This document shows, in pieces, positions 22,460 to 32,747 of a DNA stretch of 64,000 nucleotides (position 1 is the first letter of the stretch; each line of letters starts with the position of its first letter). The position numbers and the translations under genes are program-made. The stretch is from the NCBI GenBank assembly GCA_963705255.1, contig OY970061.1, forward strand, positions 672,001-736,000, read 5' to 3'. Below the pieces are notes generated by a model. The model had not been told where the DNA came from. It made no database searches and was given only the letters and a program-made list of their open reading frames with translations. The DNA is from an uncultured Methanoregulaceae archaeon (lineage in GTDB: Archaea; Halobacteriota; Methanomicrobia; Methanomicrobiales; Methanospirillaceae).

Positions 22460-23488
22460 ATGGCGACAGGAAAGGAGATTGCTGATTTACTGCACGAGAT
22501 GGTGGACCGGGATATGGCATTCATGCATATCTGCGGCACCCACGAGGCTGCAATTGCACGGAGCGGCCTGAGGAGCCTCCTGCCGGACCGGCTCAGGATC
22601 GTTATGGGGCCCGGGTGCCCGGTCTGTATCACCCCGCAGGGCGAGATCGATGCAGCGCTCGATCTCGTTGAAAAAGACTGCATCATCGCGACTTACGGCG
22701 ACCTGCTCCGGGTCCCGGGCTCGAAAGGGTCCATGGAGTCATGCGGCGGCGACATCCGTGTCGTCCAGGGTGTCCACAAGGCGGTCGGGATTGCAGAGAA
22801 GACCGACAGGGAAGTGGTCTTCATCTCGGTAGGCTTCGAGACCACGGCCCCGACGGTTGCCGCAACCATCCTTGCCCGCCCACCGGAGAATTTTTCCATC
22901 CTCTCCTGCCACCGCGTTGTCCCGCCTGCCATGAAATGGCTGCTTGAACAGGGCGAGGCGAAGCTGAACGGGTTCATGCTCCCCGGCCATGTCTGCACGA
23001 TCATGGGATACGAAGAATATGAGCAGTTCCCGGTCCCTCAGGTGGTCGCAGGATTTGAACCCGACGACATCCTCCTCGGCCTCCTGATGCTGGTCCGTCA
23101 GGTGAAGGAGGGGACGCACCGGGTGGACAATGCCTATCCGCGGGCAGTCAGCCGCGAAGGAAATGTCAAGGCCAAAAAGGTCATGTACGAAGTCTTCGAG
23201 CCGTTCGATGTCGAGTGGCGGGGTTTCCCGGTTATCCCCGGCTCGGGCCTGCGACTCAAAAAGGAGTTCGAGCAGTACGACGCCCAGAAAAAGTTCGGCA
23301 TCGTGTTCCGGCAGATCAGCAAGCATTCGGCCTGCATCTGCGACAAGGTCCTGAGGGGGATCGCCCAGCCGTCCGACTGTAAACTGTTCGCGAAGGTCTG
23401 CAGCCCGAGGACCCCGGTCGGGCCGTGCATGGTCAGCCACGAAGGGGCCTGCAAGATCTGGCACCAGTACCAGCTCAAGAAGCCCTGA
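22460..23488 (+). CDS. hypD: Hydrogenase maturation protein HypD
   Basis: CGTHE, GPGCPVC, GFETT, PGHV, GPCMVSHEGAC. Confidence 0.97.
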   Translation: MATGKEIADLLHEMVDRDMAFMHICGTHEAAIARSGLRSLLPDRLRIVMGPGCPVCITPQGEIDAALDLVEKDCIIATYGDLLRVPGSKGSMESCGGDIRVVQGVHKAVGIAEKTDREVVFISVGFETTAPTVAATILARPPENFSILSCHRVVPPAMKWLLEQGEAKLNGFMLPGHVCTIMGYEEYEQFPVPQVVAGFEPDDILLGLLMLVRQVKEGTHRVDNAYPRAVSREGNVKAKKVMYEVFEPFDVEWRGFPVIPGSGLRLKKEFEQYDAQKKFGIVFRQISKHSACICDKVLRGIAQPSDCKLFAKVCSPRTPVGPCMVSHEGACKIWHQYQLKKP

Positions 23489-23837
23489 TCCGACAGACCG
23501 TTCCTCCCTGCCGGGGAATATACGGGCACGGGCGGGATTACATACAAGAGATAGGATATTTCCCTCAGATGTCCGGTGCCTGCGGTATTCAAAACGAATC
23601 GTGTACTCAATCTCCCAAACGTGTACTCACGAGGTGTCCCGGAAATTTTCAGTCATGGGCTCTGGTATGGAGGTTCATACCATGTTTTCCCAAAAGGATA
23701 AATATCGCGATATTCTATAGTCCGATCCTGAGACCATGTCGCCACTGGAGATGAAACGCTGGAAAAAACCCGCAAATTCACCACGGGCCGCGAGCCTGCC
23801 ACACGGATGGGGAAAAGGAATCTTCTCCGGCATCCTC

Positions 23838-24346
23838 ATGGCTATTGTTCTGGCTGTTGTTCTGGCACTTGTCTGCTGTCCTGCCTTCGCCCTGCCCGCA
23901 CCGGCACCCGGAGGGGGTCCGGACAGTTCAACCAGGGGATACCGGTATACTGGCCGTACCATGTCCTGTTCATATCGACGGGACTCATCCTTCTCGTTGC
24001 CGGTTTTCTCATCGCGAGGTTTCACAAAACCAGGAACTGGTACAAAACTCATGTGATCCTTGAAGTAACCGGCGGTGCCTGCATGATTGCCGGTCTGGTT
24101 ATCGGGATCTCCATGGTCGCTCTTTCCGGTTTTCCGCACCTTAAGAATATCCATGAGATCCTAGGCGTGGCAATTGGAACCCTCGTAATTATCACGTTAC
24201 TTATCGGCTATTGTATAAAACGCGTAACCATATCAAAAAAGGTAGTCCGGATGAGCCATCGCTGGCTGGGACGGATCCTGATTGTCCTCATTGGTATCAA
24301 TATCATTCTTGGTCTCGTATTCCTGGCCGCAATCATTGGCCGGTAG
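23838..24346 (+). CDS. Cytochrome b561-like 4-TM membrane protein with signal peptide; probable frameshift near 23918
   Basis: Four spaced His (YHV, KTHV, NIHE, SHRWLGR) on four TM helices; N-terminal MAIVLAVVLALVCCPAFA lies in a different frame. Confidence 0.6.
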
Positions 24347-24510
24347 GTCTCCCGGTATTTTTTACCCTGCTTCCTGTCGCCCGCGGGTTGCATGAGAGAA
24401 AAATTTCCCGTTCTGCCCGTCCCCGTGTGCCGGTAACTATGCAACAACCGGGACCAATCCACGAAGTCCCGCCGGTATGCGCGAACCCTTCAACCAGTCC
24501 GGTAAAAAAA

Positions 24511-24924
24511 TTATGGAGTTTTGGCTTTGCTGAATTTTTTCAGAAGGAGGACAATCACGAGAATTCCGACAATAAGCCAGACAATCATGAGAAGTACGGT
24601 GAGTATGGCTCCGAAGAACATGAACCCGGTGAGCATTCCTCCTTTGCCATGCGCCGCCCCGGCGCCACCCCTTGTTCCCGGATACGCTCCCCGCATTCCC
24701 ATGCCATTCCCGTATCCACGCATCATATTCCCGTGACCCCACAGGTTGCCGGTGGCCGTTGCATTCTGATAGTACGCCATATGAGGTGTTCCGTTACCCC
24801 AGCCACCGGGGACTGCTGCCTGAGGGTCAGCTGCGGCGACCGTGCCGGCTATCCCGAAGGTAAGAATTACGATCATGATGCTGATGATGATGCCGCGTTT
24901 CATTCTATTGTCATACTGTTTCAT
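24511..24924 (-). CDS. Hypothetical Gly/Met-rich exported protein with C-terminal TM helix
   Basis: Signal peptide, GMGMRG-rich linker, C-terminal TM helix plus lysines. Confidence 0.65.
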   Translation of the reverse strand: MKQYDNRMKRGIIISIMIVILTFGIAGTVAAADPQAAVPGGWGNGTPHMAYYQNATATGNLWGHGNMMRGYGNGMGMRGAYPGTRGGAGAAHGKGGMLTGFMFFGAILTVLLMIVWLIVGILVIVLLLKKFSKAKTP

Positions 24925-25059
24925 GGTTTATGCTCCTGTACCTGAATGCTGAATTCACCTGAATTCCATGGTGATGTCATGATACCCTGTCCTCCCTGCC
25001 GAACCGGCACCCGGGCAGATCCTGCTTTAGCTCTACTGCCGGGCGGGTGAGGCAGTTGT

Positions 25060-25571
25060 TTATGCGCCCGACGGGATACCCAGCGCAGTGCGGAGTCTGT
25101 TGCTCCGTGACCCTCAGGTTTTGTGCTGCTTCGGTGAGGTTCCCGGAGAGGGCCTGTGTTGCATTCCCGACGCCGATCGCAGCTGAGAGCTGTTGCGCAG
25201 TCGCTTCCAGCTGTTGTGTCACTTGGGTAAGATTCCCGGAGAGGCCCTGAGTTGTATTCCCAACTTCCAACGCATCTGAGAGCCTGCTGCGCAGTCGTTC
25301 CCAGCTTCGAGGCTGCGGAAGCGAGATCCAACTGGACGCCCTGGCCATTGCCCAGGGTGCTGTTCTGATCCTGCACGGAATACGATCCTGTCTGGAATCC
25401 CGGCTGCTGGATTGGGGCCGGTGTTTCCGGCTCTGTTCCCGGGACGGACGGTGTTGCAGTCCCGGCCGGTTGTCCCGAGGAATTGCCGGCATTCTGGACA
25501 CATCCTGCTGCGATGATCCCCACGAAGAGAACCAGCGAGCACAGAAGTACGATGAGACAGGTCTTTTTCAT
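25060..25571 (-). CDS. Lipoprotein-like protein with ~31-aa helical repeats; two single-base frameshifts (~25283, ~25097)
   Basis: AAGC lipobox-like motif; repeats LASAASKLGTTAQQLSDAL / LTQVTQQLEATAQQLSAAI / LTEAAQNLRVTEQQLRTAL; 93-bp DNA period (25141 vs 25234). Confidence 0.6.
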
Positions 25572-25865
25572 GACACCTTTCTCTTGTGAACATTTCCAAT
25601 GTCGTGAACCACTCCGGTGGTTCGTCAGACATCAAGTAAGTTATTACCTACATATTGTTATATATACTTAACTTTGATTGGCCGATTTATTGCAATAAAA
25701 GGAAATTGAGCATAATTTTTTGCTGTTATTCCGGTTCAGACAGATAACCGGAAAGGCGAACTATTCGCCAGAACCGCATTTACCTCCGCTGAACCAGAGG
25801 CGATAAATGATACGGGAGACACCCGGGCAGATGCCTATTTATTGGAATTACGAGAATGAATTACT

Positions 25866-26036
25866 ATGAACGTTCAGGACCTGAAAACTCCACAGGTTAA
25901 AGGGACAATTTTTGGGCTGATCATCGCGATCATGCTGACCGTGTTTAAGATACCTCTTGGTTTCGCCATCGTCGTAGGCATAATTTTCGGATATGTGGCG
26001 TTTTCTGTCCTGAATGAAAAGACAAAAAAGAAATGA
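25866..26036 (+). CDS. Small 2-TM membrane protein (56 aa)
   Basis: Hand translation MNVQDLKTPQVKGTIFGLIIAIMLTVFKIPLGFAIVVGIIFGYVAFSVLNEKTKKK. Confidence 0.6.
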   Translation: MNVQDLKTPQVKGTIFGLIIAIMLTVFKIPLGFAIVVGIIFGYVAFSVLNEKTKKK

Positions 26037-26111
26037 ATTCCATCCTGGCTGCTGTACAAGACGAAGATAAAATACTAAGTATCGCCTGAAGTTATTCGGA
26101 GCTGTCCCGGA

Positions 26112-26372
26112 TTAATATTCTATAATACCCATTTCTGCGTCTAGGCCAAGGCTTGATGGTACCGGGTCCGGGAATGTTACGTTGTTTGCGGTAGCGACAA
26201 CGCCAAACGAAAGGAAATTGGGATCAGGTGCCCAGTAAAGGGTACCTGAACTATTGTAATCTTCCAACAATACGGTTCGGGTTGAGTTGTACGACGACTG
26301 GCTGTTTTCCAGGTATTCAGCGGAGCGTGTAATTCTTCCGGTAGTTCTGATAATCGGCGACCGGTTTCTCAC
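26112..26372 (-). CDS. Hypothetical protein or C-terminal gene remnant
   Basis: 86-aa ORF with plausible C-terminal half; start uncertain. Confidence 0.3.
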   Translation of the reverse strand: MRNRSPIIRTTGRITRSAEYLENSQSSYNSTRTVLLEDYNSSGTLYWAPDPNFLSFGVVATANNVTFPDPVPSSLGLDAEMGIIEY

Positions 26373-26454
26373 ATCGGGAAGGCCTGATCCGACGATTGTT
26401 CCACCCTCCCGAGTATTTATATGGGAAGGAGAGAGATTAAGTAAGGTAAAAGTT

Positions 26455-26526
26455 GCCTCGGTAGGGTAGTGGACATCCTAGAAGCCTCCGGAGCTTTTGA
26501 CCCGGGTTCGAGTCCCGGCCGAGGCG
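26455..26526 (+). tRNA. tRNA-Arg(CCG)
   Basis: Acceptor GCCTCGG/CCGAGGC, anticodon arm GAAGC-CTCCGGA-GCTTT, T arm GGTTCGAGTCC; TTTATATG box ~26416 and T-rich tail. Confidence 0.95.
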
Positions 26527-26587
26527 CTTTTCTTTTCACATCCATATCTCCCCTCTTAAGATACGATGACAACGGTACCGATGAGGA

Positions 26588-27538
26588 TTACGCGCTGTCA
26601 TCGATAAGACGGATGAGGTTTTCGCGCCCCTTTCTTACCTTCTGGATGATCCCCCGCTGCTGGAGATCGTTGAGCGTGGAACTCACGGTGGATTTTGGCA
26701 AGCCCAGGACTTTTGTGATCTCTGACTGGAACTCTTTTCCGCCGTTTGTCCTGAGCAGCTGGACGATCCGCTCTTCGAGAGATAGCAGATCGGCGTCAGA
26801 CAAGCGGGATGTCCGGTCCCCGGGATCGTCCGTTGGTCCATTTGGCCCCGGCTGCTGTCTTCTCTTCCGGTATACCATGAAGCCGGATACAACGATCAGT
26901 ATGGCGATGAGCCCCAGAACAACCGGCAGGGCCGGAAATGCCGGTCTTTCCAACACGATTCGCGGTTCTCCGGCTCCGAAAGAGCGAAGGCCGTACCAGA
27001 TGAGCCCATCGCCCACCTGCTGGTCAGGGACCGGATCTGCAGCCGTTACCGTATAGCCGCGAGGGTAGCTGACGACCAGGGTGCTGTCCTTTGCCAGGTA
27101 CAGCCCGCCGGGAAAGGCATCGCCGGCGGAAAGGCCGCCATCAGATACGGCAAAATTCGTCCAGGAAAACGAGTAGGTGACAACCCCGAACTTTCCGGTA
27201 GGGGACGTCTGGACTACGGCATCACCGGAAAAATTGTCCACCGCCATCTGCCGGGAGGTGCCGGCGGCTGCCTGCGCAGCGGACCGCTGCATCAGGTCCT
27301 CCATCTGGGGGAGGTAAACGGAATTCAGGTCGCGGGAGTAGTTTTCAAAATTAACCATGTCGTCGTCAGTGGCGAGGGGGGTGCGGTACTCTACCGTCCA
27401 GAGCGCCGAGCCGTCTTCCCGGAGGGCGATCGTGTAGGTGGTGGTGAACTCCGTGGCAGGTGCCGCCCATACCGCCGGAATGGTGCAGAGCAGCAGGACT
27501 GCAATGGCCAGTACCCGGTAACAGGTCAGTTTATCCAT
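26588..27538 (-). CDS. Membrane-anchored winged-HTH regulator (signal peptide, extracellular domain, TM, C-terminal wHTH)
   Basis: C-terminal EERIVQLLRTNGG..QSEITKVLGLPKSTVSSTLNDLQQRGII..GREN. Confidence 0.75.
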   Translation of the reverse strand: MDKLTCYRVLAIAVLLLCTIPAVWAAPATEFTTTYTIALREDGSALWTVEYRTPLATDDDMVNFENYSRDLNSVYLPQMEDLMQRSAAQAAAGTSRQMAVDNFSGDAVVQTSPTGKFGVVTYSFSWTNFAVSDGGLSAGDAFPGGLYLAKDSTLVVSYPRGYTVTAADPVPDQQVGDGLIWYGLRSFGAGEPRIVLERPAFPALPVVLGLIAILIVVSGFMVYRKRRQQPGPNGPTDDPGDRTSRLSDADLLSLEERIVQLLRTNGGKEFQSEITKVLGLPKSTVSSTLNDLQQRGIIQKVRKGRENLIRLIDDSA

Positions 27539-27626
27539 GGAGCACCGTGTTGTTGATCATTATCGTATCCCGTATAAAAAATATGTAACCGGTCATTGTA
27601 GACCGGTTGCTGATCTGAACCGTGGA

Positions 27627-28577
27627 CTACCTGTTGCGGAACCGGGTATCCCAGTTACCATTCCGGTTGTCATTTCCGCTGCCATTCCGGTAGCTGTTGT
27701 TATTATCGATCCGGTCGCCTGTTCCATTGCCATTCCTGTTTTCCTGGATGACGGGCCGGCGCTGGTCCTGCGAAGACTGGTTCGTTTCCCGGGGGAGCTG
27801 TTCAGTCCTGTTCCACGTCTGCCCGGTCTGTTCCCGGCTCTGGTACCCGGCCGCCGGGACAATCCTGTTCACGGTTGGGCCGGGTTTACGTTCCATATAC
27901 ATCGGTGTTGTCAAAGTCTGCGCCCTGGCCTGTGTGCCGGAACTCAGGTGTTCCGCTCGTAACCATATCCTGTTGTCCGCATCCTGGACGCGTTCGAACC
28001 GTGTCTGGGTCATCTGCTCAAGTTTCATCTCCAGTTCCCGGCTGTTGTTGTATGCCCTTGCCAGGCCCGGGTCACCGGAGTGCGTGGACAGAAGACTATC
28101 CAGGACAACCTGATGCCTGATGATCATGTCCTGCGCGTGCATGAAACCGGTATCATTGGGCGACGGCACAGGTATGGTCGTGTTGAACGTGGGCATTGAA
28201 GAGCTCTCATTGAACAGTCCGAGAGTACTTTCTGTCTGGTTCAGGTTCTGCCAGTACTGATCCAGTGCCCGGTCTGCGGCATCGGTTCTGTTGGCTGCCA
28301 GCGCTCCCTCCAGTTCAGCAAGGCGGAGGTCTGTCTGGTTAATCTCCTTTTCCAGCCTCTCGCTCTGGTTGAAGGTGAAGGAATCGTCGAGATTTTCAAA
28401 TGCTATCTTGAGCCCGTACAGGGAGTTGTCAGCGCCGATTGATCCGTTGTATGGCTGTATGCCGTCCACGAGCTGCATTCCCTGGGTGCCGGTGGTATTG
28501 TCTGCCGCAGCGGTCCCGATGGTGCAGAGCAGTCCGAGCGCCACCAGTCCCAGCAGCACGCCAATCCTGGTATTCAT
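27627..28577 (-). CDS. Secreted helical protein (DUF5667-like) with Asn/Gly-rich tail
   Basis: Signal peptide; GADNSLYGLKIAFENLD..F..RLAE pattern. Confidence 0.6.
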   Translation of the reverse strand: MNTRIGVLLGLVALGLLCTIGTAAADNTTGTQGMQLVDGIQPYNGSIGADNSLYGLKIAFENLDDSFTFNQSERLEKEINQTDLRLAELEGALAANRTDAADRALDQYWQNLNQTESTLGLFNESSSMPTFNTTIPVPSPNDTGFMHAQDMIIRHQVVLDSLLSTHSGDPGLARAYNNSRELEMKLEQMTQTRFERVQDADNRIWLRAEHLSSGTQARAQTLTTPMYMERKPGPTVNRIVPAAGYQSREQTGQTWNRTEQLPRETNQSSQDQRRPVIQENRNGNGTGDRIDNNNSYRNGSGNDNRNGNWDTRFRNR

Positions 28578-28866
28578 GGTTTTTTCCCTCCAATTCCGGC
28601 CTGTGCCGTTGACTGAAGGTTCCCTTCCCAATGTCTTAAGGGTCGTTACGGTTCCGGAAAATTCCGGTCGTCCGAGCGGATTTTATTCATCGCGCAATCG
28701 TTCCGGATGGTTCAGTTGGCAAATCGGAGGGGTTCCCGGCGGGGAAAAATTCCGGTGTTTTTCCGGGAAGAATACGGAACGGACCGGTTCCGGATCGGCC
28801 AAACACGCAGGAGCGGGATGCATGTATTTTGCAGAGCCGGAAAATAGTGAAATAAATTACAATTTC

Positions 28867-29913
28867 TTATAACACCGGCTTCTGTTTCAGGGCAGCCACC
28901 AGAAGCCTTACACCGGCCTCGATGTCCCGGGTATCCAGGACCTCGACCGGGGAATGAATGTAGCGCGACGGGATGCTGACCGTCGTGCTCGGGATGCCCC
29001 CCTTGGTCAGGTGGATCGCCGTTGCATCGGTCGTGCCCCCGCTCCCGACTTCCATCTGGACCGGGATGCTGTTTGCATCTGCCGCGTCCTTGAGCCACTT
29101 GACAACCTTTCGGCTGGCGATCAGGCCGCGCCCGCTGCTGTCGACAATGGTTATTACCGGGCCCTTGCCCATCTCCACCGGTGCGTCCTTCATATCGATG
29201 CCCGGGTGGTCGCCCGGTATCGTGACATCGGTTGCGATCGCGCAGTCCGGGTCAAGGGTATAGGCACTCGTGCGGGCCCCTTTCAGCCCTACTTCCTCCT
29301 GGACGGTGAAGACCCCGTAGATCGTGAGCGGGGAGTCCACTTCCTGCAGGGTCTTGATCAGCATGGCGACCCCGGCCCGGTTGTCGAAGGCCTTCCCGGT
29401 CACCCGGTCGTGCGCCAGCTCGGCGAATTCCCGGTCCACGGTAACCGGCGTGCCCACGTCGATCCCGAGGACTTCGGCCTCCTGCCGGTTCGCAGCCCCG
29501 ATATCGATGAACATGTCGTCGATCTTCACGCCTTTCTTGCGTTCCTCCTCGTCCATCATGTGGGGGGGCTTTCCGCCGATGACGCCGAAGCACGGGCCTT
29601 TTGTCCCATGGAGGATGACCCGCTGGTTGTAGAGGGTCGGGCCATACCATCCCCCGAGCGCGACGAACCGGATGAACCCCTTGTCATCGATATATTTGAC
29701 CATCAGCCCGATCTCGTCCATGTGGGCTGCAAGCATGACGCTGAACTTGCTGCCGCGCCTGATGGCGATGAGGTTGCCGAGCGGATCCTCGCGGATCTCG
29801 TCCACATGCCCCCGGAGTTCCTTCCTGATGATCGCAAACACGCTGCCTTCACTGCCCGAGACGCCGTGGGCATTGGATAATTTCCGTAAGAGTTCTTTGA
29901 CCATATCAACCAC
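28867..29913 (-). CDS. M42 family (TET-like) aminopeptidase
   Basis: AAHMDEIG, GKAFDNR, QEEVGLKGA, GGTTD, RYIHS. Confidence 0.93.
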   Translation of the reverse strand: MVDMVKELLRKLSNAHGVSGSEGSVFAIIRKELRGHVDEIREDPLGNLIAIRRGSKFSVMLAAHMDEIGLMVKYIDDKGFIRFVALGGWYGPTLYNQRVILHGTKGPCFGVIGGKPPHMMDEEERKKGVKIDDMFIDIGAANRQEAEVLGIDVGTPVTVDREFAELAHDRVTGKAFDNRAGVAMLIKTLQEVDSPLTIYGVFTVQEEVGLKGARTSAYTLDPDCAIATDVTIPGDHPGIDMKDAPVEMGKGPVITIVDSSGRGLIASRKVVKWLKDAADANSIPVQMEVGSGGTTDATAIHLTKGGIPSTTVSIPSRYIHSPVEVLDTRDIEAGVRLLVAALKQKPVL

Positions 29914-31012
29914 CTATTACACTCCGAATCCTATCAAGGGCCCGGTCCAGGTTCTCCCGGGACGTTGCGTAGCTCAGCCTCGCGTACTCCGGAGCATTCA
30001 CGCCAAATGCAGATCCTGGCACGACGATTACCCCGCTTTCGATGATCTTCTGGGCGACTTCCGGTTTCATGGGTACAAAAGCATAAAATGCACCTTCGGG
30101 GATCGGGAATCCCAGCCCCATGCCGGAGAGCCCTCTCCAGATGATATCCCTGCGTGCCCGGTACTCATCGCGCATCACGTTTACCATGTGCTGGTCGCCT
30201 TCGTAGGCGGCAACCGCGGCGTACTGCGAGATCGAGGTAGCGCAGGCCTGGCAGTACTGGTGCACCTTGATGCACTGGCCGACGATCTCGTCGGGCGCTG
30301 CCAGATACCCGAGCCGCCACCCGGTCATGGCATAGGTCTTGCTCGTCGCATTGATGGTGACGACATTGTCGCCGAACCTTCCGGCACTCCAGTGTTCCCC
30401 GCCATAGATGAAGTGCTCGTACACCTCATCGGAGACAACGGTCACATCCTTGTCAGCGGCATATTCGACCAGTGCCCTGATCGACTCTTTGCTCTCGACG
30501 GCCCCGGTCGGGTTTCCCGGCGAGTTCAGGACAAGCAGGCGGGCACCGTCCATCAGCCCCTTTGCCTGCTCGACATCGATATGGAGGTCTCGTGTAAGCG
30601 GGACGCTGACCGCCCTGCCGCCGGCAAGGGTCGCAAGGGCGTTGTACCAGACAAAACCCGGGTCGGGGCAGAGCACCCGGTCGCCCACGCTCACGAGCGC
30701 CTGCATGACAATATGGAGCGCCTCGCTTGCGCCGGCGGTAATAATGACCTGGTCGGGGTCGTAGACCAGCCCGTTTTCCTTGCGGAATTTTTTGCAGACT
30801 GCGGTACGGAGTTCCGGTATCCCGTTGTTGCTGGTATACCCGGTCTTCCCCTCCCGGATTGCTGCAATGGCCGCGTCCTTGATGTGCTGGGGGGTGTCAA
30901 AGTCCGGCTGCCCGAGCCCGAGGTTGATCGAGCCGGGACCTGCCGCTTCAAATATCTTCCGGATGCCGGATATTTCGATACCGGCTACCCGTTCGGAAAA
31001 TTTCACTGGCAT
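29906..31012 (-). CDS. Aspartate-type PLP aminotransferase
   Basis: LGLGQPDF, NSPGNPTG, SDEVY, SKTYAMTGWRLG. Confidence 0.9.
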   Translation of the reverse strand: MPVKFSERVAGIEISGIRKIFEAAGPGSINLGLGQPDFDTPQHIKDAAIAAIREGKTGYTSNNGIPELRTAVCKKFRKENGLVYDPDQVIITAGASEALHIVMQALVSVGDRVLCPDPGFVWYNALATLAGGRAVSVPLTRDLHIDVEQAKGLMDGARLLVLNSPGNPTGAVESKESIRALVEYAADKDVTVVSDEVYEHFIYGGEHWSAGRFGDNVVTINATSKTYAMTGWRLGYLAAPDEIVGQCIKVHQYCQACATSISQYAAVAAYEGDQHMVNVMRDEYRARRDIIWRGLSGMGLGFPIPEGAFYAFVPMKPEVAQKIIESGVIVVPGSAFGVNAPEYARLSYATSRENLDRALDRIRSVIGG

Positions 31013-31026
31013 GGGGGATCCTGTTC

Positions 31027-31626
31027 TCACTCGATATTCGTGTGTCGGTTCTTGAGGGCGGTCTCATCGGTCTTGGTAATCTCCATCAGGCGGGAGATCA
31101 CGGCATCGCCGAAGATCATGGAGGCGGTCTCGAAGAGCGTCCCCAGCGGGGCAAACGACTTGTGGTCCCCCATCATCTGCCGGATCTCGAACTCGACCGT
31201 ATCGTCTTTCACCTCGTCGCGCTGGTGCTCGATGATGACGGTGCATGTCGAGATCTTCCCGATGCGGGAGTCCGCGTTTGACGTGATCAGGCAGATATGG
31301 GCCCCCACCTCCTTTGCAGTCTCCGCGATATCGGCCACGGTCTTGGTCCGCCCGGAACCGGAAAAGACCACCATCAGGTCCCCGGGGCTGATTGCCGGGG
31401 TGATGGTCTCTCCCACCACGTAGGCCTGCAACCCGAGGTGCATGAGCCGCATGGCAAAGGCTTTTGCCACGAGGCCCGACCGTCCGGCCCCGATCGCGTA
31501 GACCCTCTTCGCTTTCAGCAGCTCGTTCAGGAACTTCTCCACGTCTTCGTCGGATATCGTATTGGCAATTGTCCGGATCTTCGATGCCATCAACAGCATC
31601 ATTTCCTGTACCCTGTGGCTCTCCAT
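31027..31626 (-). CDS. hxlB: 6-phospho-3-hexuloisomerase
   Basis: GAGRSGL, AFAMRLMHLG, SGSG, APLGTLFE, C-terminal RHTNIE. Confidence 0.92.
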   Translation of the reverse strand: MESHRVQEMMLLMASKIRTIANTISDEDVEKFLNELLKAKRVYAIGAGRSGLVAKAFAMRLMHLGLQAYVVGETITPAISPGDLMVVFSGSGRTKTVADIAETAKEVGAHICLITSNADSRIGKISTCTVIIEHQRDEVKDDTVEFEIRQMMGDHKSFAPLGTLFETASMIFGDAVISRLMEITKTDETALKNRHTNIE

Positions 31627-31772
31627 GCTTCTCTCACAAAAGATGCATCCACATAGTAGATGAGAATTTCGCATATTCCTGACGGATGCAGAAAAAAGTA
31701 CTTTTGCGAATCACTATCAACCGGTTCCGGCAGGAGAAGGATCTTAAAGGATCATCCACAAAATTGTAGAAC

Positions 31773-32612
31773 GTGAAAGCGCCGCTGGTAAAATGGGCCG
31801 GGGGGAAACGGCAGATCCTGGATCAGCTGAGCGCAAACCTGCCGGGACACTGGGATACGTACTTCGAGCCGTTTGTTGGTGGCGGGGCGCTCATGGTAAA
31901 CCTCCAGAACAGCGGAAGGATCTCACGTGCTGTCATATCCGATCTCAATGCTGAGCTGATCAACCTGTACCGTGTCGTAAAATCTCGTCCGCACCGGCTC
32001 ATCGGAGAGCTCTCCAGCGAGCGGCTCCGGAATGATGAAGACTCGTTCCGGCAGTTGAAAGAGGAGTTCAACGGGCTTGCAGGCTCCCGGAACAATCCAG
32101 TCAGGCGGGCGGCACTTTTCATCTATCTGAACAAGCACGGGTACAACGGCCTCTGGCGGGTCAACCGGAAGGGGAAGTTCAATGTCCCGTTCGGTCGGCA
32201 TACCAGGAAAAGTCTCCCTTCGGAGTCCTCAATCCTGAAATTCCATGCCATGCTGCGGAATGTTGCCGTCCTGAATGCCGATTTTGAGAAAGCGGTCAGG
32301 AGTGCGAAAAAAGGGGATTTCATCTATTTCGATCCCCCGTATCATCCGCTCTCGAAGACCGCTGGTTTCACCGGTTACAACCCGGACGGGTTCAGGTTCC
32401 GGGACCAGGAACGGCTGGCACGGGTATTCGGGAAACTTACCGACAACGGTGTCCAGCTGATGCTGAGCAATTCAAAAGTTCCCGAGATCGAAGAATTATA
32501 CCAGGACTTTCACGTACGGACGGTTGCTGCAAAACGGTTCATCAACTGCAATGGTGAGCGGCGGAACGGTGCATACGAGATCATCGTGACGAATTACGAT
32601 ACGGCCGATTGA
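31773..32612 (+). CDS. dam: Dam/DpnM (D12)-family N6-adenine DNA methyltransferase, no adjacent restriction gene
   Basis: KWAGGK, YFEPFVGGG, YNGLWRVN.KGKFNVPFG, YFDPPY, MLSNS. Confidence 0.88.
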   Translation: MKAPLVKWAGGKRQILDQLSANLPGHWDTYFEPFVGGGALMVNLQNSGRISRAVISDLNAELINLYRVVKSRPHRLIGELSSERLRNDEDSFRQLKEEFNGLAGSRNNPVRRAALFIYLNKHGYNGLWRVNRKGKFNVPFGRHTRKSLPSESSILKFHAMLRNVAVLNADFEKAVRSAKKGDFIYFDPPYHPLSKTAGFTGYNPDGFRFRDQERLARVFGKLTDNGVQLMLSNSKVPEIEELYQDFHVRTVAAKRFINCNGERRNGAYEIIVTNYDTAD

Positions 32613-32747
32613 AAATATACGCTCTTTTCAGGAAATGTTTTAATTAATTCTCTGCTTTCAGGAAAATTAATCCGAACCGCGAATCCGAATGTTCCGGCAC
32701 TAAAAGAGATCTGTTAAAAATTTTCAATATTATATGCAAGCGGCATA

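Noticed and set aside
22460-23488. Isolated hypD as an anomaly
   Set aside because: hyp genes are commonly scattered in methanogen genomes.
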